From Rhina ancylostomus (Eukaryota): a stretch of DNA of 64,000 nucleotides. The stretch is from the NCBI GenBank assembly GCA_030265395.1, contig JARFYF010000007.1:23346755-23410754 (forward strand), read 5' to 3'. The notes under the pieces were generated by a model. That model was not told the DNA's origin and ran no database searches. It worked only from the letters and a program-made list of their open reading frames with translations. Made by a program: the position numbers and the translations under genes. How positions within the stretch are numbered: position 1 is the first letter of the stretch; every line of letters starts with the position of its first letter. This document shows, in pieces, positions 1 to 12,440 of this stretch.

Positions 1-37
1 GGACCATATGTGTTGTTCATCTGGGCAATAATGCCCA

Positions 38-290
38 GGGTGGCACGGTAGCGTAGTGGTTAGCACGATGCCATTACAGCGCCAGCGACTCGGGTTCGAT
101 TCCCACCGCTGCCGATAAGGAGTTTGTACGTTCTCCCTTGTCTGTGTGGGTTTCCTCTGGGTGCTCCGGTTTCGTCCCACATTCCAAAGACGCACGGGTA
201 GGTTAATTTGGGGTTTAAAATGGGCGATGTGGACTCGTTGGGCCGGAAGGGCCTGTTAACACGCTGTAAATAAAATTTTTTTAAAAATTT
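38..290 (+). mobile_element. tRNA-derived V-SINE (HE1-like), near full length
   Basis: Pol III A/B-box head (TAGCGTAGTGG, GGTTCGATTCC), V-domain core GTGTGGGTTTCCTCTGGGTGCTCCGGTTTC..CCCACATTCCAAAGAC, CR1-like tail GGGCCGGAAGGGCCTGT and an AT-rich end. Confidence 0.9.
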
Positions 291-311
291 ACAAAAATAA
301 TTTCCAGCAAT

Positions 312-491
312 GACCCCTCAGTGAGGCTGGTGTGTGTTCTCCCAACTTCTCCTTCCTGAAGTCCACAATTAATTCCTTGGTCTTGCTGATGTTGAGTGCG
401 AGGTTTTGTTACAACACCACTAAACCAGCTGATCTATCACTTCTGTATGCATCCTCATTGCCATCTGAGATTTTACCAACAATGGTGGTGT
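312..491 (-). mobile_element. Rex1/Babar LINE reverse transcriptase fragment
   Basis: Minus strand reads, with frameshifts and a stop, TTIVGKISDGNEDAYRS..IDQLV*WC..NLALNISKTKELIVDFRK, the typical post-FADD segment of Rex1 RT. Confidence 0.85.
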
Positions 492-1549
492 ATTTTGATT
501 CTTATGGGGCAATTTTTGTCTAAACCATCCAGAATGAAATACAAAGCTTTATTCTAGTCACTGGCTGTACTGATTCCATTGGAAAGTAAAATTGGACAGA
601 GAGTAATTCAGGCATCTAACCTGATCCTGCTCTGTTCTCCGAAAGGAGATTATACTGAAGTTATCTGTTGTGTTTATCACTTTTGATGGAGCACACTATA
701 ATGGTAGCTGATTGCCTGATGTAGTGTTGTTTACAAGTACTGTGATAAATCAGTTAGAAGCCACTTAAGCCATGTACACTTTCCCTCACCATCTTTTAGT
801 TGCAAAATACGTGACATTCAAAAAATGTTGAAATGAGAGTCTACTTTTCCTGGTGCTCCAGCTCACCTGCTGACTTGCATAGTTACTGCGATTCATCAGG
901 GATGGCAAAGACAGGAAGGAAAATTAGAATGAACTTTCTCAGCTACAGCTACAATGAACTTTTTCAGCTATCCTGAGATGGGCATGAAACAGACAGGCAA
1001 CTGACATTATTGCCCAGATGAACAACACATATGGTCCAGTTGACAGATCAGTGGTACAGAACTCAGCAGTGTTATGTGACAGTGTGGACACGGGATAGTT
1101 TATCCTCTGTAAATCCTATTTAAGACGTGTGCTGTTGTCTTTTATGTGGCTCTTCCTTCTGCTGTCTCGGTAAATGTAAACATGGAAACTCAAGAGCAAC
1201 AAGTCCAGAAGAGTTTTATTTTTGCAGTCAGGCTAATGTTGAATATTATCTGTTGCAAAATCAGGCATCATTAATTGCTATAAAGCATCTGAATGATTAG
1301 GGTAAATTATGATGTTCCGTGCACAAATCATAGTTATTATTAAGCAGAATAATACCAGAATTACAAGTTCCATAATATTTTATCCCCTGTTTAGTTTTCT
1401 ACACTACACAGAAATGTACTCAGGAAGACATTTAAAGACTATACAGGATCCTGCAGGAACATTTTATCATGACAATGGGAGTTAGAAGCAAGCCTTAAGA
1501 TGCAGGGATGTTTGTGGGTGGAGATTCAATATCCATTTTGTAGAATAAA

Positions 1550-2095
1550 GAAAGACAAACATTTACACAATGCCTTTCACAATCACAGGACATTTCCAAA
1601 TACTTTATTGCGTAAACACAATTGTGATGTAGAAAATGCTGCAGTTAATTTCAATACAGAATACTTTCAAAGAGCAAAGTAACAACAACCAGAAATTCAT
1701 TGACAATTGTGAGTGCTAAATATTTGAGTAAGAACATTAGCAATAAGTTGTAAGCATTTCTCCACATTCATCAATGGAACCAGATGTGTAGGAGGTGAGT
1801 ACAACTGGCGCTGATCCTCTTGCACATATTTTATACTGGAGACGAAACTTAAAATTCACCACCAATGGATTTTAGAGATGCCAACTGAGTGATAAACATT
1901 AAACAGGACACTGAGGACGTTTCTGCAACTCTTCCTCAAATAGTTCTATGAGATTTTCTTTTATCATCTGAGTGAGGAGACAGGGCCCCAGTTTCACGTT
2001 TCATCTGAAAGACAGCATCTGTAACAGTGCAGCATTTTCTTAATGTAGCAACAGAATATCAGTGTAGATACTTTTAGTGGTTGGGCCTCTAGAGA
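1550..2095 (-). mobile_element. Old DeuSINE (SacSINE1/AmnSINE-like), interrupted
   Basis: 1905-2070 matches the reverse of the Deu domain (AGACAGGGCCCCAGTTTCACGTTTCATCTGAAAGACAGCATCTGTAACAGTGCAGCA). 1550-1700 resembles the decayed 3' tail. Confidence 0.7.
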
Positions 2096-3053
2096 AATGC
2101 AGATTACTCTGTAAATTCTGAGCCTCAAAGATAGTTCAAGCCCTTGAATATAACCTGTCCCACTAATTCAATTAAAGAGGGAAAAAAGTTGAAAATCAAG
2201 TTATGAAATTTGCATAATTTCTCCTGCTGTAGGAGCTCCGTCATGTTTTCTGTGTAAGCTAGCGATTGTTTTTCCCTGCAGTCAGCTACTATCAGACCTT
2301 GTTTTGTCAAAACAATTGGTTGTGGAGTTGCCCAAGAAAATAAAATGTGCCTGCCTGAATTCCTTTGCAGGCATGTTGTTACCTATCACAGCACTACCCT
2401 TCAGCACCATGCTGATTGTGATTAATTAAATACACTCACACAGCCTCTGGCAGGTGAGATTCCAGGTTCAGGCAGAAGGTTTGCTAAAACAATCTCATTA
2501 TGAAATGGATTCCATCATGTATTATTCATCAGTTTGGCATGCTCACCAATTTATTCTTGCTTTAATTATATGTAAATAACACCAATTATGTAACTCCATT
2601 TGTTTGCATCCTTTATTGTGATCATGTTGTGACAAAGTATCAAATAAAACCTTATTTGAAACTAATACTCCTTCAAAAAATACAGAGTTGTAGAAGCATA
2701 TTGAAATTTTAAAAGAATCAGCAAAATGGATTGATCCCAGTGGACAATAAGACACCTGACAAATGCATAATAGATGAATGTGGTGGTATTCCTGCTTAAG
2801 ACTGAAGCCAAATCCCCCATTTAATGCCACTGTGTTATGCTTGATGAAACATTACTTTCAGTCTGAAAGCATTTCCCAGGGTGGTCTAACCCTATCTGAG
2901 TGTTTTCAAATCCCTTCATATAGTTTCTAAGTGCTTATTCAGCTCTAAGGTATATGATTCATTGTTATATTTCTTTCCACAATTGTGTAAGATTACAAAC
3001 AGTTACATGCACAATGATTTTAATTTACTATCAAATGGTGCTTTCTCATCCAC

Positions 3054-3245
3054 TCAGTTCACTGGTTCCTCCTGGTCATGTGACATGTGAGCTGGAATTC
3101 TGACATGCGGCTACTCCCCTTTCCTGAAGTCCGCTTCAACTTTTCATAGTTCACAGTGTTTACTGCCTCTCCTCGCCAGCTGCTTAGTCTGTTACCCTGT
3201 CCTTTGCGAGGTGAAGAGAGCTTGTACTCAAACTTTGTTGCAGTT
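3054..3245 (+). promoter_or_regulatory. Putative TSS/5'UTR of the 3246 exon, with upstream ATGs
   Basis: TCAGTT at 3054-3059 is Inr-like, but also reads as a pyrimidine tract plus CAG acceptor at 3057. ATG-TGA at 3078 and 3085, M-box-like TCATGTGA at 3076, and a 14-codon uORF at 3105-3149. Confidence 0.45.
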
Positions 3246-3414
3246 ATGCTCATGGAGGTACCTTTGTCACCAAGCTCAGGCTGTGCCTATCTGAGTTCCC
3301 TGTCACCTCAGGGCCAGGATATGTACCTGAGACTGGATCGGTCACAACGACGATCACCGTACAGGATGAGCAGAATCATTGCAAGACAGCAGCTGCTGAC
3401 TATAATTCAGCAAG
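3246..3414 (+). CDS. STARD8: First coding exon of a DLC-family RhoGAP/START gene (STARD13-alpha-like N-terminus; gene is STARD8 or STARD13)
   Basis: Encodes MLMEVPLSPSSGCAYLSSLSPQGQDMYLRLDRSQRRSPYRMSRIIARQQLLTIIQQ. This aligns ungapped (36/56 identical by my count) with human STARD13 as I recall it, MFSQVPRTPASGCYYLNSMTPEGQEMYLRFDQTTRRSPYRMSRILARHQLVTKIQQ. It ends at a phase-1 donor CAAG|GTATGT where that similarity stops, and there is an in-frame TAG upstream at 3147. The family call is secure. The paralog is not: STARD8 is preferred only because of the exon at 56257, and STARD13 is possible. Confidence 0.9.
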
Positions 3415-5361
3415 GTATGTCTTTCAGTATTTATGAAGTATTTCAGCAGTTGGTTCCTAATTACTGTGAGATAAAAATAAAACAAGTGGCCTTTGTTTAG
3501 GAGAATTCTTTCAACAGCAACTGCATCTTAGCTTACTAATTTGGAGTAAGTTTTATCTTACTAATTTGAAGCCTATAGCAGAAGTTTTGTCTTCCACCCT
3601 TCCTGCTTAAGATAAGTCTATAATAAGAATCTCTTCTCTTTTCAGCATTTATGCTGTTCATATAGTTTAGAGTGAAAATTCTCTTTTGCTGTAACAGGTG
3701 GGAATTATAAGCAATGCATTATATCCATGGCATGGTCAATGTCCAGCAGTCAATATCAATTGTGAAAGCATTAATATAATAACAATATGACATTTATGGA
3801 TAAACGGATCAGTGTACTTGTCAAAAGATTTTTTTTTCCTTTCCATGTTCCCTAATATAATTAGATATCTATAGAAATCATTTTAACATTTTGAACTATT
3901 AAACATTGTTTTCACATGGGAAATTTAGCAATTTCTATTTCATTGCATTACTATTGACAAATCAACAATCTGAATCTTCTTAAAACACAGGTATTTATGT
4001 CTTGAACATATAATAAGGCCCTGCCCCTTTTAATTAAAATACTTAAATTACCTGAATTTCTCATTAATTGAAGTTGTTCTTTCAAAATAGAACATTAACT
4101 AGTTGTGAGTCATCAGCTGTGTACCTTTTGGGTTCCATTGCTTAGCAACAGAGTTTAATCTTTTACAGCAGATCTCATACCAACAGCTTTAATCATCCTT
4201 ATTTAGATTGCAGGAAGATTGACTGTTTAGTAATCATTCCAACCAGCCTCATCTGTTAATCACCCACTGCATTCTGCCGATTATGTGTCATATGAGTTGC
4301 TACATGCTCTATACTTTTGAAACAAAAATTGTTTGCCACAAGCTTTGGACATTTTGCTAACTTGTGTCAATTAAGGAACAATCTATTCAAAAGACCATTT
4401 AGGAATATTTTGTGCAGTTGGAAGTCTGTTTTCATTTGCTACCTATCCTGGGAAAGATTCAAATGTATTATCTACTACTGTGTGATCTATTGTAGGGCAT
4501 TTCTTTTTACCCAAAAGTAAACATTTTGTTAGAAACTATTTAAATAAATGGTGGTACCATCTCTTTGTTGGGTGTGTTAAGCACACTGTTTTGAATCTCC
4601 ATTTACAAAATATTCATTAAAATCATTTTCCTACTAGTTTGTTTGGGGAGTTTAGTAACATGGCAAATAAAACAGTAATGTTTTGATGGAATTGCCCTCA
4701 CCAGAGAAGTGGAAAGTTAGTGGTTTGCAAGCTTATTTATATCACAGTTGATCATTATTCAGAATGTGTTTAAGGTTAAGGTTGTCAATGAGCTGCTTGT
4801 AGATATGTACACCTTTATCTAAAATACTATGTTCACAACATAATTGTCTCTCAATTTATTAGAGCTGCATTTGATCTTGACAGGAACAGTGCTTGTTCTG
4901 GAGCTGAGATGCAAGCTCCAGACTATTCTGAAGACTTCCATTCCACCCCCCCCCCCCAAATTTCTTTTTACCATCAGAATCATAGCTACACTTCCCTACT
5001 CAAGCTCAGGGCCAGTTAAAACAAAAGTTGCCTTGTCTGTCTGATCTCATTAAGTACAGTTACGTGGTAACGGCTATCTAAGAACTGCCTGCTTTATTTT
5101 AATTGGCCTCTTTCTGTTATCCAAGGACAGTGCTCTTGAACAGTTATAAAACAGTTGTGTTTTTTTTGATGATGCTTGCTTTTCTATTCCAAAATTTCTT
5201 TCCTTATTAGCCGGTAAGCATGCAGAATATCTTGTTGCCTTTGTAGTTACTGAAATTTATTGATGTATGTGCAGAATTAAAGTCAATACAGATGAGATAA
5301 TAGGGAGACATTGTATACACATCCAAGGTAAAGGTTTTTCTGCTGCTGTTGTCAGGATTGG

Positions 5362-5412
5362 GATCTTGTTCTTAGGCAGTCCCTCAGAATCAAGGATGAC
5401 TTGCTTCCCAGT
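5362..5412 (-). mobile_element. RTE LINE extreme 3' end
   Basis: TTCTTAGGCAGTCCCTCAGAATCAAGGATGACTTGCTTCC is the reverse of the motif at 6750-6800 and 18260-18300. Confidence 0.65.
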
Positions 5413-6129
5413 CCAGACAGATATTTGGATAGATGTTCCTTAAGACCCATTCACTCTGATGGAGTAGAATTTAACTTGGGTCTTGAAGATTTCTGTAATA
5501 TGGATGATGTAATGATTGGGTTAATAACAATTCCAGGTGCTGTGTTCCTATGAAACTTGTTCCACCAGATAAAAAACAAGTGGCTTGCATGTGCCCTGCC
5601 CAAGTATATCTGAGAGTGTTTTGAAATATTTCCTTAATCTTAGATCTGAAACATGTCCTAACCATGAACCTGGAAAATGTGTCCTATTTATCTGATGTAC
5701 TTCTTTCAAGAAATTTCTCGGTCTCTGAACAATACAAAGAGTTTGTTTTGCTGTGTGAAGTTATGCATTTTTCTTTCTTCTTCATTGTAATGACAGGGAT
5801 TTTTGTTTTGCTTAGCATTTCCAACAAATTTGATTAAACATTTATGCATGACGTTCAACTATATTAATTAATGAAAGAAAATCAGTGATTAAACTGCCCC
5901 CAAGCATCCATTCTTCTTGGCTGCTGAGTCAGGCTACTGACTGGAAACAGTGTTGGAAAGCACATTGAATTGTACTTGCACAATATTTCTCCTTCAAGAG
6001 TTTATCCAATTCCACTATTTTTCCATTGCTGTTCATTACAACTCATGGCATAATTATTTTAATATTGACTTCAGCTCTTTTGCAACTACTTTGCTGGGAA
6101 TGGTCGCTCATCTGCCTAGGAACAAAGAA

Positions 6130-6445
6130 GGCTGAAGAGAGATTTGATAGATGCATGCAAGATTATAACAAGTTTAGAGAGGAAAATACAGAGAAATGGT
6201 TCCCATTAATGGATGGTTCAAGGACCAGGACACACATTTAAAGCGTTAGGCAGAAAATACAAGCAGTATGAGAAGAAATGGAGAGTAGGAGAAGTGGAAA
6301 CAGTCTATCGAGACCTTTTAAATGTGAATTAGATAAACACATGGAGAAAAATATTTGCATGGTAAAAGGAAAGGAATAGAATGGAGATGCTCTACTAAAA
6401 ATAGGCACAGACCGAAACAGATTCTCTATTCTGAGCTCTGTCATG
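6130..6445 (+). mobile_element. Decayed CR1 LINE 3' fragment
   Basis: GAAGGCTGA..GAGATTTGATAGA, SRTRxH-like segment and CR1-type 3'UTR remnants. Confidence 0.55.
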
Positions 6446-6489
6446 GGAAGAGATTATTAGGCGGACAAAGAAAAGTTTCAAGGATGTGT

Positions 6490-6805
6490 AGAAACCCAGC
6501 ATTCCTACTGACTGTTGTAAATCTCTGGCCTATGACTGCTCAATGTGGAGAAGGAGCATTAGGATGCAATTGAGAAGATCAAAGCCATGGCGGAATACAT
6601 AGAGGCCCATGTAAGTGGCAAAAGTGCAAGAGGAGTGAACCACCACAAAAGCTACTCACCTGCCTACCCTGTCAGCCATCACCTCCATTTGTGGAAGAGT
6701 CTGTGATTCTTACAATGGCCTCATCAACCACCTCCAAACCTGCAAGGCTAAGGTGGAAGTAATTCGTCTTCAGTTCTGAGGGACCATGTAAGATGAAGAG
6801 GAAGA
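6490..6805 (+). mobile_element. RTE LINE 3' fragment
   Basis: Decayed ORF end (SLAYDCSMWRRSI...ICGRVCDSYNGLINHLQT, zinc-knuckle-like), then GTGGAAGTAA..TCTTCAGTTCTGAGGGAC..AAGATGAAGAGGAAGA tail. Confidence 0.75.
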
Positions 6806-8544
6806 CAGACTCAATGGCCTAACTGTTCTCCTGCGTGGTGACAATTCTATGATTCTGTCAAAACTCTTTGTGGCTTTGATTTTTGTGGCCTTTTGCTGTT
6901 GTCTCTATATCTAATTGGAGGGTCCCATTGTATTTGCCTTATTCCCATTGTACTGGAAACATGAAATCTTTGTATTGAATTACCAAAATTTAGAGTATTG
7001 ATCAATTTAGGAGATGTACAATGAATTGTACATGCATGCACTCTTTTGGTAAAAATGTAGATTAACCTTCAGTATTCAAGTGAAACAATGTAAAATTGCC
7101 AATATATTGTTTTCTTGCTCCCGATGAAGGATGGCTGAACATCAGTTCGTTAAGGTCTTAGCAGCTTTGAAAGAAAAGCAGATATGCATTGGCTTTATTG
7201 CTGTAGCAAAAGCCATAAAATCAGGCTTTTCCAGTTACTGAAGTACATTTCCAGATGGTGCACTGTGATCCAAGCCATCATTCTGAATACAACTTCTCAT
7301 TTTTTGGTATGCAGGAAAAGAATGCCCAGTACCACTCCTAAAGGTAAAGGGATTCAAAGGACCAAGAGTCATGAGTATTTATAAGGGTAACTACAGCAGC
7401 TATGAGGTCTGTATTCTAGCCACCAACAAAACAGCTTTGTTTTCAAGTTAACTTTGAATCTAACTCACAGATAAGAATAAAATCAGATTAATCAGTAAAG
7501 ACGTGCAAACTTTTGTGCTCAGTTGGGCAATGATGTCATGGTGCTGCAATATTTCTTTCAGAATACATTTGAAACTTTTTTGCTTTGATTTGAAATAAAT
7601 TAGCACAAAGCTCCATTCTTTGCTAGAGATGTAATGTATGTTCTAGCACATGACCTGGTGGCCATTGTGATATGGGAGTGGCATTTAGAGCACAGGATGT
7701 TCCAGACTTGCTTGGTGGGGGTTGTGTCTGTTGTTTACAGTTTGGTTAATTTCTGCCTAGTCTGCAAAATGCTATTTACAGCATGATATGATATCCAGTT
7801 CTGAAGCCTAATGCTTGCAACTCGGGTTATTTCTGTGCATTGCACGGAGAGGTACTTACAGCTCAAGTTAGTTGTAGTTGTTTCAGGTCATTTACAGGTT
7901 ATGAGGGACCATTGCAGCAAATATTGTTTACAGCACAAGTTCTTCCCAAGTTCTTCAAGGAATGATTCTTAAATATCCTAGCAACTGAGCCAACTGCAAT
8001 ATGAAAAATGTATTGAATTTTTTTGTAACATTGGAAGTTTTCACATGGATATAAGCATATCATAATGGTTAAAGAAAAAGATGTTATGAGCTTTCTTATT
8101 ATCCATTAATCAAAACAAGCTGTAAAAAAAAATATATAGTTTAAAATATTCTTCTGACACTTAGTAAAATTGGTTGTTGGGAATAAGCTTAAATGGGGGA
8201 TGTTGATGAGAATATTCACAGATGTGTTACAGACTCCTGGGGAAAGTGTTTGTATTTCCAATGTGTGTCCTTGAGTGCATCAGTAATGGGGTTATTAACA
8301 GGACAAACAAATAGTACAACTTCCCAGGGCCAGCCAAGTCAATCTATAAATGTTCAGCTGAATATAACAAATAAAGCAGGATGATGTTAAGAAAGAAAGA
8401 ATAAAGTGAACTTATGAATCAAAATACTTAATTTAGAACTTATTTTTATTCCCCTTTTATTCCTCAAACTTGGAGGAAAAATTTTTCCGTCCAGGCCGTT
8501 AAGAATTATGGATTCAGTATTGATCCAATTCTGGCCTTGTGCCC

Positions 8545-8800
8545 TCCTGATTTGATTGGACCTCCTGGGAGTTGTGCTTTCAGCTGGGAGAACCTAAATT
8601 CTGAAATGTTCTCCCTGTACCTCTTTGACTCACAGCCTTCCACCTTCCTCCTTTAAGATGGTCCTTTGAACCAAACTTTTGGTTATCTGCCCCATTTCTC
8701 CTGACAGTGCTCAGTGTTGAATTTTCTTTTGTAACTCTCCTATATAGTATCTTGGAATGGTTTACTGTATTAAAGGAATTGAATAAATGCAAGTTATTTT
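8545..8800 (+). mobile_element. L2-type LINE 3' end
   Basis: GCTTTCAGCTG..AAATTCTGAAAT..CTCCTTTAAGA..CTTTTTGGTTATCTG..TAAATGCAAGTT tail, with related copies at 18340, 29035 and 48570. Confidence 0.65.
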
Positions 8801-9063
8801 TTAGGTAGTTTTTATAAGATTTTATTTGTTGAATGGAGCTGCAAAACCATGGCTCTCCTTGGCTAACCAGTTCCAACTCCATAATGTCATGAATAAATTT
8901 CATAAAACCACATTTTTATTCCTGTGTTTTGTTTCTTTATTGTTCATTAAATCTAATTTCCACACAATCTCCAAACATGCTATGAAGGTCACTTGGCTGT
9001 TGTTCTCCAAGATCCTATTGGTGTTAGGCACAGGAGTAACTTGGTTGCAGCAGCATTCAAGTG

Positions 9064-9415
9064 CAGGGGCAACACGGGAGTTAATTCTTGCTGCCTCATA
9101 GCTCCACGGACCCAAATTCATTCCTGATCTCTGGTGTTGTTGGTGTGGAATTTGCACATTCTCCCCATGACTGCATTGGTTCACTCCAGTTGTACCTGTT
9201 ACATCCCAAAGAAGTGCTGGTGGATTGATTGGCTCCTGTCGGTTACCCCTCGGTGTAGGTAAGTGGCAAGAGAATCAAAAGGGGAAGTTGTTAGCCATGC
9301 GAGAGAGAATAAGTTGCAGGGCTACAGGGGAATAATATGAGGGGGAATTGGACTCAGACTGATGGAGGTTTCCCTCTTGGCAGATAAAGGGCTGAATGGC
9401 TTCTATCTGTATTTT
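9064..9415 (+). mobile_element. Old V-SINE
   Basis: Head GCTGCCTCATAGCTCCACGGACCC, core GTGGAATTTGCACATTCTCCCCATGACTGC, CATCCCAAAGA, and tail GGGCTGAATGGC. Confidence 0.8.
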
Positions 9416-10449
9416 AAAATGTGCATCAATATATGTCAGTAAAACATTGTTGTAGTAGAGGAAATGCTACATACAACTACAATTAAGAATCTCAAATGTA
9501 GGGTGTATTAGATCAGAAAAAGCCTTTGGACTTAAAGAATATTAATTTTATTCTGATTATGTTGAGCAGTATAGTCATAGCCAGTTTATTACTATGTTGC
9601 AGCATCTAGAGAACTTTGAATGCTTGTCCTTGAGTACTTCTTTCTTCCCTGATGTAAATGTAACCAGCTGCCTGAGGCTCACTTTGTAGTTTAAGCTTCT
9701 AATCCTTAGTATCAGTTTTAGCTCTGTACTGTACAATCTGCAAGGTCAGAATCTCCTCACGGTAATATAGTAGCAAGAATTGTGTGCAGTATTCCATGTA
9801 GAATTGAACTAGTTAAAATTCCCCCCAAAGCCTTCATGAGAAGGAAGTATGGGTTTAGGTGGTTCATCAGGAAAAATTCTAAGCACGTTAGAAAGCAGTT
9901 TTGGCTTGACAGAAATTATTCTAGCAGCCAAATTGTCCCAAGAAGCTGAATGGCATTTTAAATATGTTAATGAGCTTGACAAAATGGACAGTTTGGTTTT
10001 TTGGGGAAATTTGGCAGCTGAAACTGCTATGGGGCAAAGAAACACCTTTACAGGAGGAACAGGAATGCTATCCCTTGCTACTTGTCTTGCACCCTGCACA
10101 AGAATGATAATGAGCCAGCTCTGTCGGTCAATTTGTCTTTGGGCAGGGAATGTGTAGCCTGTGAAGTTAAATCGCTATTACATATAAGGAAAGCAGAGTC
10201 CCAACTGACACTCTGCCTCCTGCTTATACCACCCACACCAGTAAATATCCAAGTCTTTCTCACCAATGCTAAAATGGAGCGGAAGAGCAAGATGGAAGCA
10301 AAGTATTAGAAAGCAAGACCCGGACATGAGAAACAGAAAAGGAGCATAAAGCAGGAAGAGGTAGAAAGAGTGGGAGCATTTATTAGTCAGGATGAGGCTT
10401 TTTAATTCAGTTTATGCCTAAAAGGACATTAGCCTAAAATTCTCTTTAA

Positions 10450-10950
10450 ACAGCAGCAGGACTGAGCTGAGAGGAAGTTTCTTCACTCAAAGGGTGGCAA
10501 ATCTTTGGAATTCCCTACCTAAGAGGACTGTGGCGGTGGTTCAGTCACTGAATATATTCCACAGGGATTGATAGGTTTTTGGACAATACAGGAGTTGTGG
10601 TATATAGGGTGCTGAGGTCAATGGACGGTCACGATCTTATTGAATGATAGAGCAGGCACAACAGAAAAAATGGCCCACTTCTGATTCCCGGTAGATATAT
10701 TTTTGAAAGATTGCAGGATTGAGGACTGTGGCAATCTGGCACAGGGGAGGCCTGGGGTAGAACAGCTATGATCATATTGAGTGGAGAGGCAGGTTTTAAG
10801 GGACCAGTTGACCTATTCTGGCTTGTGTTTCCTTGTGTGTTCTTATGTCTATTAAAGAAGGTGGTTCACCACCACCTTTGCAAGAGCAGCTTGGAATAGG
10901 CGATAAATGCTGGTCTTGTCAGTGACACTTGCACCCTGAAAAACCAATTG
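10450..10950 (+). mobile_element. CR1-type LINE 3' fragments (composite)
   Basis: TTCTTCACTCAAAGGGTGGCAAATCTTTGGAATTCCCTACC (FFTQRVANLWNSLP), two 3'UTR remnants, and a second family's end (CACCACCACCTT..ATAAATGCTGG). Confidence 0.75.
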
Positions 10951-11984
10951 CAAAAATGTCAAATATTGGTGGTGTAAGGCAGAAGGGATTGCAGTGGGAC
11001 AAGTAAAGCTACAAAAGAGATCCCCAATCAGATTAACCCAAATATTTGTTTTTAGTTCATTACAGATTTAGCAGCCAATCAAACATATTTACTTCACTTT
11101 AACCAACCTCTACCCACAGGCAGGTTTGCAGTATTGGAGTATTGTCGGGGAACTCGGAACTCATTTTCCCAGGACCATACTTCCTGCCAACAACTCAATT
11201 TCCCCCATTTCCACAAAAACCTTGCCTCAGAACAGAATAGTAGCTGTCACATTTTTTTGTTACTGAATGTGAATTCCATACTTCCTTTGTATTGCCTGAT
11301 GTATGAATATTTTGATCTGAACTAAGTCATTTTTTAAGTTAACACTGTCAAAATTGATGAAATATTAAACGTAACCCTTGGGACTCCCGAAAATTCTGCA
11401 AAGAAAGCAAGATATAGAGAGTTTGATTAACTGAATGAATATTGCTGTGTTTATGTACTCTCAAAATCCTTCACATGCTCCCTACTTATCCAGATATTTG
11501 GTTTAGTTCCTGCAATGAATTGACTGTTCATATATTCTAATTAGCATTGTCATGTTATTAAATATTGAGAGCAGTTGCTCCACAAAATACATCCCCTGTT
11601 TAAAAGCTTCCTGAGTTGATAATGTATAATTCAATACTATCTCATTATTATTTATATACTACCATTATGCTTGGGGAGGTTTTACTTCATTTAAGAAGAC
11701 AGCTTTTTTCAATACAAGACAAAATAATACAAACAGTGAAGGAATATTTGTTTTCCTTCATTGCTGTATCAAAGAGTAAAAACTGACCACGTTTATTAAT
11801 GTGTGTCAGTGATGAGTTAATGGGGGACCCCTTGGTCAAGAGATTAAGATTTAATGTTAGAATTTAAAAATAGCCATTGATGCCACTAATCAGTTAACAC
11901 ATAAGACAAAATACTGGAGAGTGACTACTGTCCCATTTCCTGAAGATAGACACTTCTGAAAATATCAGAGTAATTATACAATAT

Positions 11985-12440
11985 GAACATATGAATTAGG
12001 AACATGAATTGGCCACTCAGTCACTCTGCCCTGCTCCACTCCACTATTCAGTAAGATCATGGCTGATCTCATTGTAACCTCAACTCTGTCTTCCCAGAAT
12101 GCACTGCCAGGGATGGTGGTGGAGGTGGGTATGATAGAGGTGTTTAAGAGGTTCTTAGATAGGCACATGAGTATGCAGAAAATGGAGGGATATGGACCAT
12201 GTGCAGGCCGAAGGAATGAGGTATTAGCATAATTAGTTCCGCTCAACATTGTGGGCCAAAGGGCCTGTTCCTGTGCTATACTGTTTTATGTCCCCATCTT
12301 CCCAGGATAACCTTTCACTCCCTGCCTTATCAAGAAGCCATCTCTGTCTGGAAAATATTCAAAACACTTTGCTTCTATTGCCTTTTGAGGAAGAGAGTTC
12401 CAAAGATTCATGACCACCTGAGTGTAAAAAATTTCACCTT
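11985..12440. mobile_element. Nested CR1 3' ends: + strand copy (~12098-12291) inside a - strand copy
   Basis: The outer minus-strand 3'UTR (AAGATCATGGCTGATC..GGAAGAGAGTTCCAAAGATTCA) is split by a plus-strand end (AATGCACTGCCAGGG..GGGCCAAAGGGCCTGTTCCTGTGCT). Confidence 0.75.

Noticed and set aside
38-115. tRNA gene
   Set aside because: A/B boxes run straight into the V-SINE core with no proper cloverleaf, so this is a SINE head.
3156-3500. 114-aa ORF as a single-exon gene
   Set aside because: It starts at GTG, and similarity covers only ATG 3246 to the donor at 3414. The rest is UTR and intron read-through.
9809-10309. Cluster of overlapping 70-100 aa ORFs
   Set aside because: No recognisable domain, and they probably lie within a non-coding repeat.
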